Shown here one piece after another: positions 43,601 through 58,914 of a stretch of 64,000 bases of DNA. The stretch is from Eledone cirrhosa. Taxonomy: Eukaryota. The stretch lies in the NCBI GenBank assembly GCA_964016885.1, contig OZ024740.1:118048001-118112000 (forward strand), read 5' to 3'. The notes below the pieces were generated by a model. That model did not search any database, had not been told where the DNA came from, and saw only the letters and a program-made list of their open reading frames with translations. The position numbers and the translations under genes are program-made. Every line of letters starts with the position of its first letter. Position 1 is the first letter of the stretch.

Positions 43601-46600
43601 TTCTCGGTGTGTTATGCATATTAACGTACATACATATATGTATACAGACGTATGTATACGTATATACATATATGTATTCAGACGTACAGTCGTATGTATA
43701 TATATACATATATGCACACATTTATATATATATGAACGTATGGATTCACCGAAGATTTATTATAATTCTCGGTGTTTTTGTAAACACACATCCCGAAATA
43801 AGCCGTACAGTATCTCGCAACCATCGTTGCTCATTTGTTAAATACTGACAAAGGAACGCTGTACTAGTTTCAAGCTTATTAGCTATCGTCTGCAACGTAT
43901 ATCTTCCTGCCAGATGGTTGAACGTCTGAAAGTATATACTTTCCTTATGGATATTAACGGCTGGGCAGCTTAATTTGCATATCGACTGGGTTAATTGGCC
44001 GGGGTACCGAAAACGATAAACGGAAAAAATGAAACGAAATTTCATTTCTCACTCTTAGTACGGCTGTTACTTAAATATATGTATGTATACGTACATACAT
44101 ATATGTATACAGACGTACATTCGTATGTATATATATACATACATGCACACATATATATATATGTACGTATGGATTCACCGAACATTTATTATAATGCACG
44201 CTATGTTTGTATACAAACATCCCGAATTAAGCCGTTCAGTGTCTCGCAACCATCGTTGCTCATTTGTTCAACACTGACAAAGGAACGCTGTACTAGTTTC
44301 AAGCTTATTAGCTATCGTCAGCAAGGTATACCTTCCTGCCACATAGTTGAACGTCTGAAAGTATATACATTCCTCATGCATATTAACGGCTGGGTAGCAT
44401 AATTTAGCATATCGACTGGGTTAATCGGCCGGGGTACCGAAAACGATAAACGGAAAAAATGAAACGAAATTTTTATACCTCACTCTTAGTACGGCTGGTA
44501 CTTAAATATAAGTATGTATACGTACATACATATATGTATACAGACGTACAGTCGTATGTATTTGTATACATATATGCACACATATATATATATGAATGTA
44601 TGGATTCACCGAACATTTATTATAATTCTCGGTGAGTTTATAAACAAACATCCCGAATTAAGCCGTACAGTGTCTAGCAACCATCGTTGCTCATTTGTTC
44701 AACCCTGACAAAGAAACGCTGTAATAGTTTAAAGCTTATTAGCTATCGTCAGTAACGTATACCTTCCTGCCAGATGGTTGAACGTCTGAAAGTATATACT
44801 TTCTTTATGCATATTAACGGATGAGCAGCCTAATTTGCATATCGAGGGAGTTAATCCGCCTGGGTACCGAAAACGATAAACGGAAAAAAATGTAACGAAA
44901 TTTCATTTCTCTCTCTTAGTACAGCTGTTACTTAAATATATGTATGTATACGTACATACATATATGTATTCAGACGTACAGTCGTATGTATATATATACA
45001 TATATGCACACATATATATATATATGAACGTATGGATTCACCGAACATTTATTATAATTCTCGGTGTTTTTGTAAACAAACATCCCGAATTAAGCCGTAC
45101 AGTGTCTCGCAACCATCGTTGCTCATTTGTTAAATACTGACAAAGGAACGCTGTACTAGTTTCAAGCTTATTAGCTATCGTCAGCAACGTATATCTTCCT
45201 GCCAGATGGTTGAACGTCTGAAAGTATATACTTTCCTTATGGATATTAACGGCTGGGCAGCTTAATTTGCATATCAAGTGAGTTAATCGGCCGCGCTACC
45301 GAAAACGATAAACGAAAAAATGAAACGAAATTTCATTTCTCACAATTAGTACGGCTGTTACTTAAAGATAAGTATGTAACGTACATACATATATGTATAC
45401 AGACGTACAGTCGTATGTGTATATATACATACATGCACACATATACATATGTACGTATGGATTGACGGAACATTTATTATAATGCTCGGTGTGTTTGTAA
45501 ATAAACATCCCGAATTAAGCCGTACAGTGTCTAGAAACCATCGTTGCTCATTTGTTCAACACTAACAATGAAACGCTGTAATAGATTCAAGATTATTAGC
45601 TATTGTCAGCAAAGTATATCTTACTGCCAGATGGTTTAACGTCTGAAAGTATATACTTCCCATATGCATATTAATGGCTGAGCAACCTAATTTTCATATC
45701 GAGTGAGTTAATCGGCCGGGGTACCGAAAACGATAAACGAAGATGAAACGAAATTTCATTTTTAAATATTAGTACGGCTTTTACTTAAATATACATATGT
45801 ACGTATGGATTGACGGAACATTTATTATAATGCTCGGTGTGTTTGTAAACAAACATCCCGAATTAAGCCGTACAGTGTCTAGCAACCATCGTTGCTCATT
45901 TGTTCAACCCTGACAAAAGAACGCTGTAATAGTTTCAAGCTTATTAGCTATCGTCAACAACGTATACCTTCCTGCCAGATGGTTGAACGTCTGAAAGTAT
46001 ATACTTTCCTTATGCATATTAACGGCTGAGCAGCCTAATTTGCATATCGAGTGAGTTAATCGGCCGGGGTACCGAAAACGATAAACGGAAAAAATAAAAC
46101 CAAATTTCATTTCTCACTCTTAGTACGGCTGTTACTTAAATATAAATATGTATACGTACATACATATATGTATACAGACGTACATTCGTATGTATATATA
46201 TACATACATGCACACATATATATATATGTACGTATGGATTCACCGAACATTTATTATAATGCACGCTGTGTTTGTATACAAACATCCCGAATTAAGCCGT
46301 TCAGTGTCTCGCAACCATCGTTGCTCATTTGTTCAACACTGACAAAGGAACGCTGTACTAGTTTCAAGCTTATTAGCTATCGTCAGCAAGGTATACCTTC
46401 CTGCCACATAGTTGAACTTCTGAAAGTATATACATTCCTCATGCATATTAACGGCTGAGTAGCATAATTTAGAATATCGACTGGGTTAATCGGCCGGGGT
46501 ACCGAAAACGATAAACGGAAAAAATGAAACAAAATTTTTATATCTCACTCTTAGTACGGCTGTTACTTAAATATAAGTATGTATACGTGCATGCATATAT

Positions 46601-48429
46601 GTATACAGACGTACAGTCGTATGTATATATATACATACATGCACATATATATATATGTAAGTATGGATTAACCGAACATTTATTATAATACACTGTGTGT
46701 TTGTATACAAACATCCCTAATTAAGCCGTACAGTGTCTCGCAACCATCGTTGCTCATTTGTTCAACACTGACAAAGGAACGCTGTACTAGTTTCATGCTT
46801 ATTAGCTATCGTCAGCAACGTACTCCTTCCTGCCAGATGGTTGAACGTCTGAAAGTATATAGTTTCTTTATGCATATTAACGGCTGAGCAGCCTAATTTG
46901 CATATCAAGTGAGTTAATCGGCCGGGGTACAGAAAACGATAAACGGAAAAAATGAAACGAAATTTCTTTTCTCACTCTTAGTACGGCTGTTACTTAAATA
47001 TAAGTATGTATACGTACATACATATATGTATTCAGACGTACAGTCGTATGTATATATATACATATATACACACATATATATATATACGAATGTATGGATT
47101 CACCGAACATATATTATAATTCTCGGTGAGTTTATAAACAAACATCCCGAATTAAACCGTACAGTTTCTAGCAACCATCGTTGCTCATTTGTTCAACACT
47201 GACAAAGAAACGCTGTAATAATTTCAAGCTTATTAGCTATCGTCAGCAACGTATACCCTGCTGCCAGATGGTTGAACGTCTGAAAGTATATACATTCCTC
47301 ATGCATATTAACGGCTGAGTAGCCTAATTTTGCATATCGACTGAGCTAATCGGCCGGGGTACCGAAAACGATAAACGGAAAAAATGAAGCGAAATTTCAT
47401 TGCTCACTCTTAGTACGGCTGTTACTTAAAGATAAGTAGGTATACGTGCATGCATATATGTATACAGACGTACAGTCGTATGTATATATATACATACATG
47501 CACACATATATATATATATATGTAAGTATGGATTCACCGAACATTTATTATAATACACGCTGTGTTTGTATACAAACATCCCGAATTAAGCCGTACAGTG
47601 TCTCGCAACCATCGTTGCTCATTTGTTCAACACTGAGAAAGGAACGCTGTATTAGTTTCAAGCTTATTAGCTATCGTCAGCAACGTATACCCTGCTGCCA
47701 GATGGTTGAATATCTGAAAGTATATACTTTCCTTATGCATATTAACGGCTGAGCAGCCTAACTTGCATTACGAGTGAGTTAATCGGCTGGGATACCGAAA
47801 ACGATAAACGGAAAAAATGAAACGAAATTTCATTTCTCACTTTTAATACGGCTGTTACTTAAATATAAGTATGTATACGTACATACATATATGTATATAG
47901 ACGTACAGTAGTATGTATATATATATACATACATGCAGATATATATATATATGTACGTATGGATTCACCGAACATATATTATAATGCTCGGTGTGTTTGT
48001 AAACAAACATCCCGAAATAAGCCGTACAATGTCTAGCAACCATCGTTGCTCATTTGTACAACACTGACAAAGGAACGCTGTACTAGTTTCAAGCTTATTA
48101 GCTATCGTCAGCAATATATACCTTCCTGCCAGATGGTTGAACGTCTGAAAGTATATACTTTCCTTATGCATATTAACGGCTGAGCAGCCTAATTTGCATA
48201 TCGAGTGAGTTAATCGGCCGGGGTACCGAAAACGATAAACGGAAAAAATGAAACGAAATTTCATTTCTAACTCTTATTAGCTATCGTCCGTTCATCGTTT
48301 TCGGTACTCCGGCCAATTAACTCACTCGATATCCAAATTAGGCTGCTCAGCCGTTAATGTGCATAAGGAAAGTATATACTTTCAGACATTCAACCATCTG
48401 GCAGAAAGGTATGCGTTGGGAGATGAGCT

Positions 48430-49540
48430 ACTTGTCACGGACCAAAGACTCATTTTAAGTTATGGTAGAAATATTTAAAGTCTTATCTATCATCAGCACT
48501 CTGCAATTCTTGTGCCTTTATTTGCCACTATGTCTCTCTCATTTGCCGCTGCTGAGATTGACATTTATTTCTGGCCTTCTTGAACTCATTGCACACTGAG
48601 GCATTATTCCTCTCTGTCATCCACTGGAGGAGGAGCTTGCCCTTGTTATCCAAAATTGTAGAAATGTTTGGATCGTTTTAATCAAACAATGTTTGATGTT
48701 TTCTCTTTACAGAGCCAAATTTTTGCAGGGATGATTCATAGATAGCATTTTTGAAAGCAGACGATGTTGATTCTATATCTGTGCCCTCAGGGATACCAGC
48801 AAGCATACTATCACAGATGTGGTGTTATATTGTTCGTGTTGTTGAGTCTTTTCAATCTCCAGTAGCTGATCAGGATCATCTTGTCTAGTTTCTAAGATAG
48901 TAGTTATGCCAATGTTTTTCTCTTTTAGGCCATCGACAATCAAAGTGGTCCTACGTTCGAGGTTCGTCTTGCTGTCTTGGAGAGTTTGCATATTCCAAGA
49001 TCTAATGAATAGGGTTTTGAATTTCAATTTTGATTCCTGTAGTGTTCTGGTGCAGTTTTGTATACCCAGTCATCTGACAGGGAGTGATGCGAGTAATTCA
49101 TTTTTAGGTCACAGTTTTATGACTTCTCCGCCCATTCCAAACAGGGCTGCTTTGATGTGAGAGATGGACGGGAGTTACTCAATAACTTACACATATTGTG
49201 CAAAACCGCCATCTTTCTCTCACTACTCATGTGAAGACGTCAAGCTGGGAACTTCCAGTGACATTCTTCGCCTGTTCCTGTCACTATCTCTCCATCACCA
49301 TTGAATGTTTTTATGGTATTTACTAAACTACCCGCACATGACTTCTTTATAGCAGCCATTGCTTGTGCAGTTCAATACACACTCTCTCCACCAAGGTAGC
49401 ATTTACTCTGCGGGTGCACAGTGTGCCATATGCCAGATGCTAAAATAATTGCAAGTTTTATTTTGGGATGGGCTGTGACTCTCCTGCCATTCTCCACTCT
49501 TTGAAAAGTTTTGCTTTTCATCCAACAGGCTGTCCAGTAA
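48430..49540 (-). mobile_element. RTE/BovB-like LINE 5' fragment (start of the APE endonuclease), degraded
   Basis: ORF 48773-49027, SWNMQTLQDSKTNLERRTTLIVDGL...ILETR, resembles the RTE motif TWNVRTL...ERRTALIA..L...SETR. Outer boundaries are approximate. Confidence 0.7.
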
Positions 49541-49580
49541 TCACCATCCTTTATGTGTGTGAGAGTGTATATATATATAT

Positions 49581-51267
<1,687 letters not shown>

Positions 51268-51269
51268 TA

Positions 51270-51311
<42 letters not shown>

Positions 51312-51899
51312 CACTAAAAATTCATGCATATACAATTTTAGATAATATCGTTGCGACTTTTTAAAATTCAGTTGAAAATATATTATTTACAGAAATCGCT
51401 ATATAGCTACCAAAATATGTTTATTAATAAACCTTACAGTAAACTTTAAAGGAGGCTTTCTTTGTCTTCTATAGTACATTTTACAGCAATCTAAATTAAG
51501 AACACCAACGCAGTGTTCACCTTCAATACACTCGTTTGTTTTTTCAACAGTATTTTAAAAGCTCGTCTTTAAAATTTCAATAGGTGTTTAATGAAGCCTT
51601 CTAAATTGGATTGAAATGATGATATTCTAAATTGGGAACATCATACTGGATTTCAATAAAATCATTTGCAATAGTGCATGTTTTTGCTATCCTCTTTTAT
51701 TTTTTAAACATTCAATTATCCATTATCCTTCAATAGTCAATTGTTTTAAAACTCCTTCATTGAATCGCTGTCTTAAGCAAAAGTGAAGTGTTTGTATGAG
51801 AGCTCTGAGGGATTTCTTTGTTTGAAGTCTTCTACAAGATTATATAACAATAGAATAACAAATAATAATAATACACGTAAGTAATGGGCATGAAAATCT

Positions 51900-54827
51900 T
51901 GTAGTGACCTACATTCCGCGGGCTCACATACATTTTCTGTGCGTGATTTGGCTCAGCTCAGCCAATCAGCGCCAGGAGAAGAGGATATATCCATACGCGT
52001 TCTGAGAGAGAAATAGCCCGCGAAGATTTGAGGCAACTCAGACTTGCAGCTTGACCATGCTAAGGTAAACACCACTTGTTCTTTTGCTCCGTAAGCACAA
52101 ACAATATGTAACGACAAAACATTGCTACCGACCTGGCTAAACGCCTCAGCCAGTCGACCGTATTTTCTCTTGTAATCTTAATTGAATTATTTCATTATTC
52201 TTGGCATGCCAACTTAATTCACTTCTTAACCTTTGTTAATAAATAATGTAAAAACAAGCTAAAGTCGTTGTCGATATTCCTATCATATCTTTCTACCAAA
52301 CCTGGTTCCTCGTGGCAACCTTATAACTCTCTAAACATAATTTTCCTCTAAATTGGTGACCCTCGACGATTAAGTATGAAAAAGCAGCCTATTTGAATTC
52401 GCCATTCGTTTTAATGGCTATGTGGAGTGGCTTAACATTTGGAATGTTCGAATCGGGTAGCTAGACTCACTTAGCGTAAGTCCATAAAATTCATAATATT
52501 CCATTTGTTGAAGCACGCGGCCTGCACAATATTTCTGTCATAACTTTCATGGTAACACTAGTGACTCACGCATACCGACGAACACAAATATACAATACAA
52601 AAGAAAGGGTTTTTTCGACGACTAACAGAAAATTTCTCTTTTGGACTGAAAATTATGCGATGCCTTCTATCCGGTTGAGGTGGTTTGGTATATTTCAATT
52701 AGTTGATAAAATGAGTACGGTGACCACCGACTAAGAACAACTTGCCTTGCAAGCATAGTTTGTTAAAAACAAAAACAAAAAAAAAAAAAAAAAAAAAAAG
52801 AATTTCTCTGAATATAGAATTTTGCTTTCAAACTTCTGTTAAAGTTCCAAAATGGAGACTCAAAAATTTTGTTTTCCCGCGTACAGCTTGTCTTCTTCAA
52901 TCCCAGCTGTCTGATTGGCTGCATCGTGCCACATGACGGATTCTTCATCACGGACACATTTTTTGATCGGCCATCTTGGGATTTTCATGGAAAATAATTT
53001 TTTTTATTATTCAAAATTTCTTTAGAATATTTTTAGAAAAAAATTAGCAGTATTTCAAAAACTTTACGTCACGAGGAAATTTCAAAACGGCTACCACCAA
53101 GTACCAGCCATCGGCAGCAACACATGGCTAACTATTAACCAACACCAGGGAACGACTTGTAACTTTACCGACGCAACCACCATACCTTCTGTCTCGTTAC
53201 CATAAGGACTCGAGAAATTAAGACATTAGTTTTCTCACCATTATGGCGTCAGACGTGGCTGCCATGTTGGTGACTCTGGGTCCTTCAACGCTAGACTTCG
53301 ACTCTACAGAAGATTCATTGTGACTTTGATTTAACAACAACAACTCTACTAGCTCCCTAGTAAAAGCGTTCCCAAAGAAAAAAGAAGCGAACTTTTTGTT
53401 AAAAGAAAAGAAACAATTCTTTCTTTCTTCCTTTTTTTTCAGGCATTTATTTTGGACATTTACTTTTTTAAACTGTATTATATGAAAATTCATATGTCTC
53501 TATCATTGTATACGTGACCGCACGCACACATTTTCTTTGCTGTATTACATGCCTGCATATATACACACACCAACATGTTGTTGTCTATGGTATGTGATCT
53601 TCAAGCGTCGTAATATTCTGCGAGATCCCTTTTCACCTTCTGGAGGTACCAAATCATGCTATCGACACTTGCAGCTTAATTCACCTGCACCGCAACACGA
53701 GAATGCTAATTGTAGCTGAACTCAAACAGTTTCGCATCTCGTTGCACATGCATCGTCCATAACAACCTCTATCTTGTTATCTTACCCAACTCACGGGGAA
53801 AACAACAAATAGAACTGGACTTGTCAGTATTTCCACCACTTCTGTGGATTCGCCCGAATTATGGAACTGCAACCCACCTACAGATTTAACTTGCTTTTTT
53901 TCTTTTCAAAGCAACCAGCCATTTTTTTCCTGGCTCCCTAGCACATTCGGCAATACATCTGGGAGGCCAACATTTTCTCGCCTATCCATCATATTCTTGC
54001 CAGCACTGGTAAACTGCCATAATAGCTTCGTCCACAGCTACTGGTACAACACTTACCATTAACATTTAATGCAAGAACAGCAACTTCGCCCATGTCAGAC
54101 TTTAACGGTTTTCTGTTAGACCTTTGGTGGTCACGTATAAACTACAAAACAGCTAGTCATTTGACAGCGGCTCAACACGGCCCGTAGCGCCTCATTTTTT
54201 TTCTTGCATGCATCTTTCTGCTCAATTATTTTTTCACTGATGTGCTCTTTCAGCATTTGTTCTTGCTGATTCAATAATCTGTATCGACTTCCGTCTAGAA
54301 GGGGGTGTAAACAGTACCTTGTGGGTCCTTGGCTTCATCGTTAACGATTTTCGGCTAAAAATCTGTTCGGAGGTGATGTAGTGACTTACATTCCGCGGGC
54401 TCACATACATTCTCTGTGCGTGATTTGGCTCAGCTCAGCCAATCAGCGCCAGGAGAAGAGGATGTATCCCTACGCGTTGTGAGAGTGAAATAGCCCGCGA
54501 AGATTTGAGGAAACTCAGACTTGAAGCTTGACCATGCTAAGGTAAACACCACTTGTTCTTTTGCTCCGTAAGCACAAACAATATGTAACGACAAAACATT
54601 GCTACCGACCTGGCTAAACGCCTCAGCCAGTCGACCGTATTTTCTCTTGTAATCTTAATTGAATTATTTCATTATTCTTGGCATGCCAACTTAATTCACT
54701 TCTTAACCATTGTTAATAAATAATGTAAAAACAAGCTAAAGTCGTTGTCGATATTCCTATCATATTTTTCTACCAAAGATGGTTCCTCGTGGCAACTTTA
54801 CCAACTTCTAAATACTTCTCCGCTAAA
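51900..54827 (+). mobile_element. Internally deleted or degenerate Gypsy-type LTR retrotransposon
   Basis: Direct repeats 51900-52352 and 54377-54827 (~452 bp, start TGTAGTG), a primer-binding site at 52354, purine-rich ggaggtga before the 3' LTR, and a 4-bp TSD ATCT (51896-51899, 54828-54831). CCAAT and AATAAA lie in the LTR. Confidence 0.88.
52354..52368 (+). promoter_or_regulatory. Primer-binding site, tRNA-Trp-like
   Basis: TGGTGACCCTCGACG vs TGGTGACCCCGACG, the complement of the animal tRNA-Trp 3' end. Lies 1 nt after the 5' LTR. Confidence 0.7.
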
Positions 54828-54902
54828 ATCTGATTGTGTTATTAAGATATATATTTGAAATGGGGAAATCGTTTTGAGAGTAACACACACACACACACAC
54901 AC

Positions 54903-54963
<61 letters not shown>

Positions 54964-55066
54964 GGTGGTGTGTATGTGTGTAGAGAGAAAGAGATAGAGA
55001 GAGATAATGTGTGTGTTACTCTCAAAACGATTTCCACATTTCAAATATATATCTTAATACAAAGAG

Positions 55067-55134
<68 letters not shown>

Positions 55135-55636
55135 GTTTGAGCGGATTGTTTGAGCGGAAATTATAATATTTCCCTTGTTAACACTTTGAATTTACCCGCC
55201 AAAAACCGGGGGTTGCTTCCTTTGTTGGAAATAACACGTGATAACGAAGTGTTTGAAGGCTGCCTTCTGTAGCGGTCGTATTTAGTTTGTTTACACCAGT
55301 TTGAGGCAGAACGGAATCCCTGTTGATGAAATGAATCCTGTGTTCGATCATGGAATACCACAAGCTTGCGTGTTACGTAAGTTGGATAAATGTTTTCGGA
55401 TTTCATAGAAACACCTCAGAGTTATATCGTTTGATTTGTCCAGGTCCGTTTCTTTTTTCGTTACTTAAGTATTGTACGGTTGGGTTTTGCCTACCGCAAT
55501 GTTCAATTTGTCAAGCTTTTAAACGTATGTTATTAGTCTAAGGACCTACCCTCATTGAGGGCCTTGCTAACTCATTCCTATTGTAGGTCGACTTTGCTTG
55601 GCCACAGCCAAAGCTTCGATTTTACTAAGCTTCCAC

Positions 55637-55775
<139 letters not shown>

Positions 55776-56544
55776 CTAATATATTTCCTCATTCTACTAT
55801 CTCGTTTGGTCTGTTATTTCTGTGTTTGCATATATATATATATATATATTAAGACAGGGGGGAAGAAAAAATGGCTTCACTTGTGCTTTCAACAAATTTA
55901 TTTTCTTCACAAAATCCAAAAAGAATTTTTTTCCGGATTAGAAAAAAATGTTTTAATTATATTTGTTCATTGAATAAAACCAACAAAGATTTAATATAGT
56001 CTGTCTGTTTGGTAACAGGTTTAGAATTAACCAATAGGAAGTTAATAATTGGCCAAATGGTAAAATAGTAGTAATTGAAGTTTATTTTAGGGGTAGATGA
56101 AGGTAGATTTCAGTTTTAAATGGAGTGTGAAGAATGAGAAGGTTATTTTAGGGGTGAAAATAGGTCAGGTCAGTAAAAGGTATACGAACAGTTGCTGTTA
56201 TAAAATAGTAATGCCAATGCAAATATCTAAGGAGACTAAAATTTTACGATAAGAGTGTTAGTGAAAAAAATACATCCATGAAAAGAATATAAATTAATTT
56301 AATTGATCGGTATATTTATATTGATAAAATTATACTAATGCATATAGATATGATAAATAAGAGTTAGATGTAGTTGAAGAGTGCTGTTAAAGATGAGGGG
56401 AAATTAAAAGAATATAATAATATATATATATATATATACACACATACACACACACATATATATATATATATATACACACATATATACATATATATATACA
56501 CACATACATACATACACATACATATAATTATTGGGGGGGGGGGG

Positions 56545-57633
56545 TTAAATTTATTAGTGAGAAATAATAACGAAGCTCTAGCTAGAAGTGGCCACAAAAA
56601 TAAATTAGTATATATACCTTGTACCAATAACACTACAAACACACAACCTAATATTACCAACAAACACCAAATGAAACATACACACCTAACTGCCACTCAC
56701 ACTATACCCCAAAATACCAACATAAAACCAAATTTCTATAACTCTTCTAATATACAATATAGTAACTCTCAAAAAACCACTCATCCTACAACTCTAATAA
56801 ATGGTAATAATAAAACTCCTAATAAACAAGCTAAAACACCTAAATCAATAAATCTAACTAAAAATGTGTGGTGAAGTCATTAACAATAATTATCTTAATA
56901 AACATCAGGATACATCCTATAAAAACAATAAACAACATCGAAACCGTAATAGACGAGTTACTTGGTATAATGCTCCATTTAATTTACAAATTAAGGATAA
57001 TATACCTAAAAAATTCTTTAATATCCTAGAGAAGAACTTCCCGCCAAACCACAAATACCATCAAATTTTAAATAGATCAACGGTTAAATTCTCCTACTCA
57101 ACAACCAAAAACATAAAACAAAATATAAGTGCCTACAATGCATATAAATGTAGAAAAACCATGAGTATACCAGCAGTACATCAAACAAACCATAATATCT
57201 CCTCGGATACAGGATTCACGAAAAGTTGTAACTGTAGAAACAAGGCAAACTGCCCATTAAAAGGAAATTGCCTTGTTAATAACATAGTATATAAATGTAA
57301 AGTTAACACTAAAGACTCAATTTATTCATATATAGGAGCTACCTCTAACAAATTTAAGGTAAGATTTAATACCCACAAACATACCTTTAAAAATGCCGCA
57401 CTAGCTAATACAACATCTCTAGCTGAAATAATTAATAATTATAGAAAGAGGAATATAGATTATGACCTGACCTGGAGTGTGCTCAAAATAATAGATATGA
57501 ATGTAGATTATGTTACCAAGAACTTTTTGAAATAATGAAATCTAAGGATATCCTATTAAATAAGCGAAAGGAATTAATAATATCGTGTAATCATAAACTG
57601 AGAAAAACCTTTAAATATTATAAACCTAATTAA
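56545..57633 (+). pseudogene. 5'-truncated Penelope-like element (RT thumb end, Asn-rich linker, GIY-YIG endonuclease), probably Hydra-type clade
   Basis: NEALARSGHKNKLVY, RRVTWYNAPF, HKYHQILNRSTVKFSYS, CNCRNKANCPLKGNC, IVYKC...YIGAT...RFNTH, then after a frameshift CRLCYQE...LLNKRKE...CNH*. The clade assignment is from memory. Confidence 0.88.
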
Positions 57634-58044
57634 TATACATCTTAGAAATTAATATATAAACTGTTTTTAATTTAGTTAACCTATAATTAATATTCTACTA
57701 CTGATGAACTATATAATTGAGGAAAATTATACATTAAAAGTTAAAAATTAAAAATTACGGTATTTGGGATATCCGAGGAATTCTCAAAGGGCTGCTTCAA
57801 CAGATACAACCTAGGCATAATAGGTACAATAATCTAATCAATTTAAGCAACTTAATTAGGGAGCAATTCAAGGAGTTTATCAAGTTGGGCAAGATTAAAG
57901 AAAGTGGTAACTAAGAAAATACATAAGCAAAAAGACAATAATCATAAAATGTATCTTCAAGAAGGTACAAGGTAGCTTCAGTGATCTAACCCTGTATTAT
58001 CACAAAAAAACATTCTAAAATTATTGATACAGGATTAAAAGTTA

Positions 58045-58190
58045 TTACAAAATCATTATAAAATTACCACAAAATCATTACAAAATTATCAAATCATCAC
58101 AAAATTACCACAAAATCATTACAAAACTATCAAATTATCATAAAATTATCGCAAAATTATTACAAAATTATCATAAAATTATTGCAAAAA
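58045..58190. repeat. Degenerate 11-12-bp minisatellite (caaaattatca-like)
   Basis: Seen directly. Confidence 0.8.
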
Positions 58191-58914
58191 TATAACAGGA
58201 TGAACATTACTGGTGACCGTGTGGGCGCGATATCCATTCTGCCTATGCAGTCCCCTGCACAGCTCCAGGCACGATATCCACTAGGCGTTTTTAACTTTTA
58301 ATGTATAATTTTCCTCAATTCGTTTTTATATTTATCCTCAAAGGCTCTCTAAAATTTTAATTCTTCGAAGGGTCTCTCGGAAGAAGTTCCTATTGGAAAT
58401 AGTAAAGGGGCCTTTTCTGAGAGATTTATGGAAGGCTCTCTGATTTAACCTCTAATTAATTAGTTTCTTTCAACCTAGTTTTCAATTCAGTTTTCTGAAT
58501 TTTGCAAACGTGATCTCGGGGGAACAAGGTTTTTTTCTTTCGGAAAAAAATTTTTTCTCTAGAAGAAATTTCATAGGAACTCTATATATTTTTTAGGGAA
58601 ACTTTATATTTTTATTTTCTTATTTTATTAGCCTCTTAATTTTCTTCTAGACTAATAGGTGTATTGGAGCCTGTAAGCTTTATGCACTCATTGAGGGATT
58701 TTCTGAGGTGCTTCTACGGGACCCCAAGTCTCTTGGTTTAATGTTGATGCGTGAATTATATATTTTTGTCTAATTTTTAAACTTCAATCCCTGACCCCGA
58801 CAACTAATATAAAAGAGGCCCCCTTAAAGCGGAGTTGCTGATGTATACAACAATTTCAAACTGCTAGCCTTGAGTGATACGTTGATGTAAACAATGATCT
58901 TGCAATCACATGTT

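Larger units (their letters stand above)
32071..48418 (-). repeat. Satellite array of ~35 monomers of ~431 bp, each carrying a hammerhead motif
   Basis: Recurrent monomer (ggattcaccgaacattt...ctatcgtcagcaacg...atttgcatatc...gaaacgaaatttcatttctcac), with the period seen from ORF offsets such as 36774 and 37205. Contains a variable internal (TA)n tract, a higher-order repeat and two inversions. Confidence 0.98.

Noticed and set aside
32513-48264. Recurrent 60-135 aa ORFs ([10 protein letters not shown]..., [10 protein letters not shown]...) in the satellite
   Set aside because: They recur only because the DNA repeats. They are broken in many monomers, show no domain, and are not preserved in the 466-bp relative, where RNA helices are.
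32071-48418. CRISPR-like array interpretation
   Set aside because: The whole monomer repeats, there are no unique spacers and no cas genes, and the context is eukaryotic
57700-57735. CTGATGA...GAAA motif after the PLE ORF
   Set aside because: No credible stem I or stem II pairing
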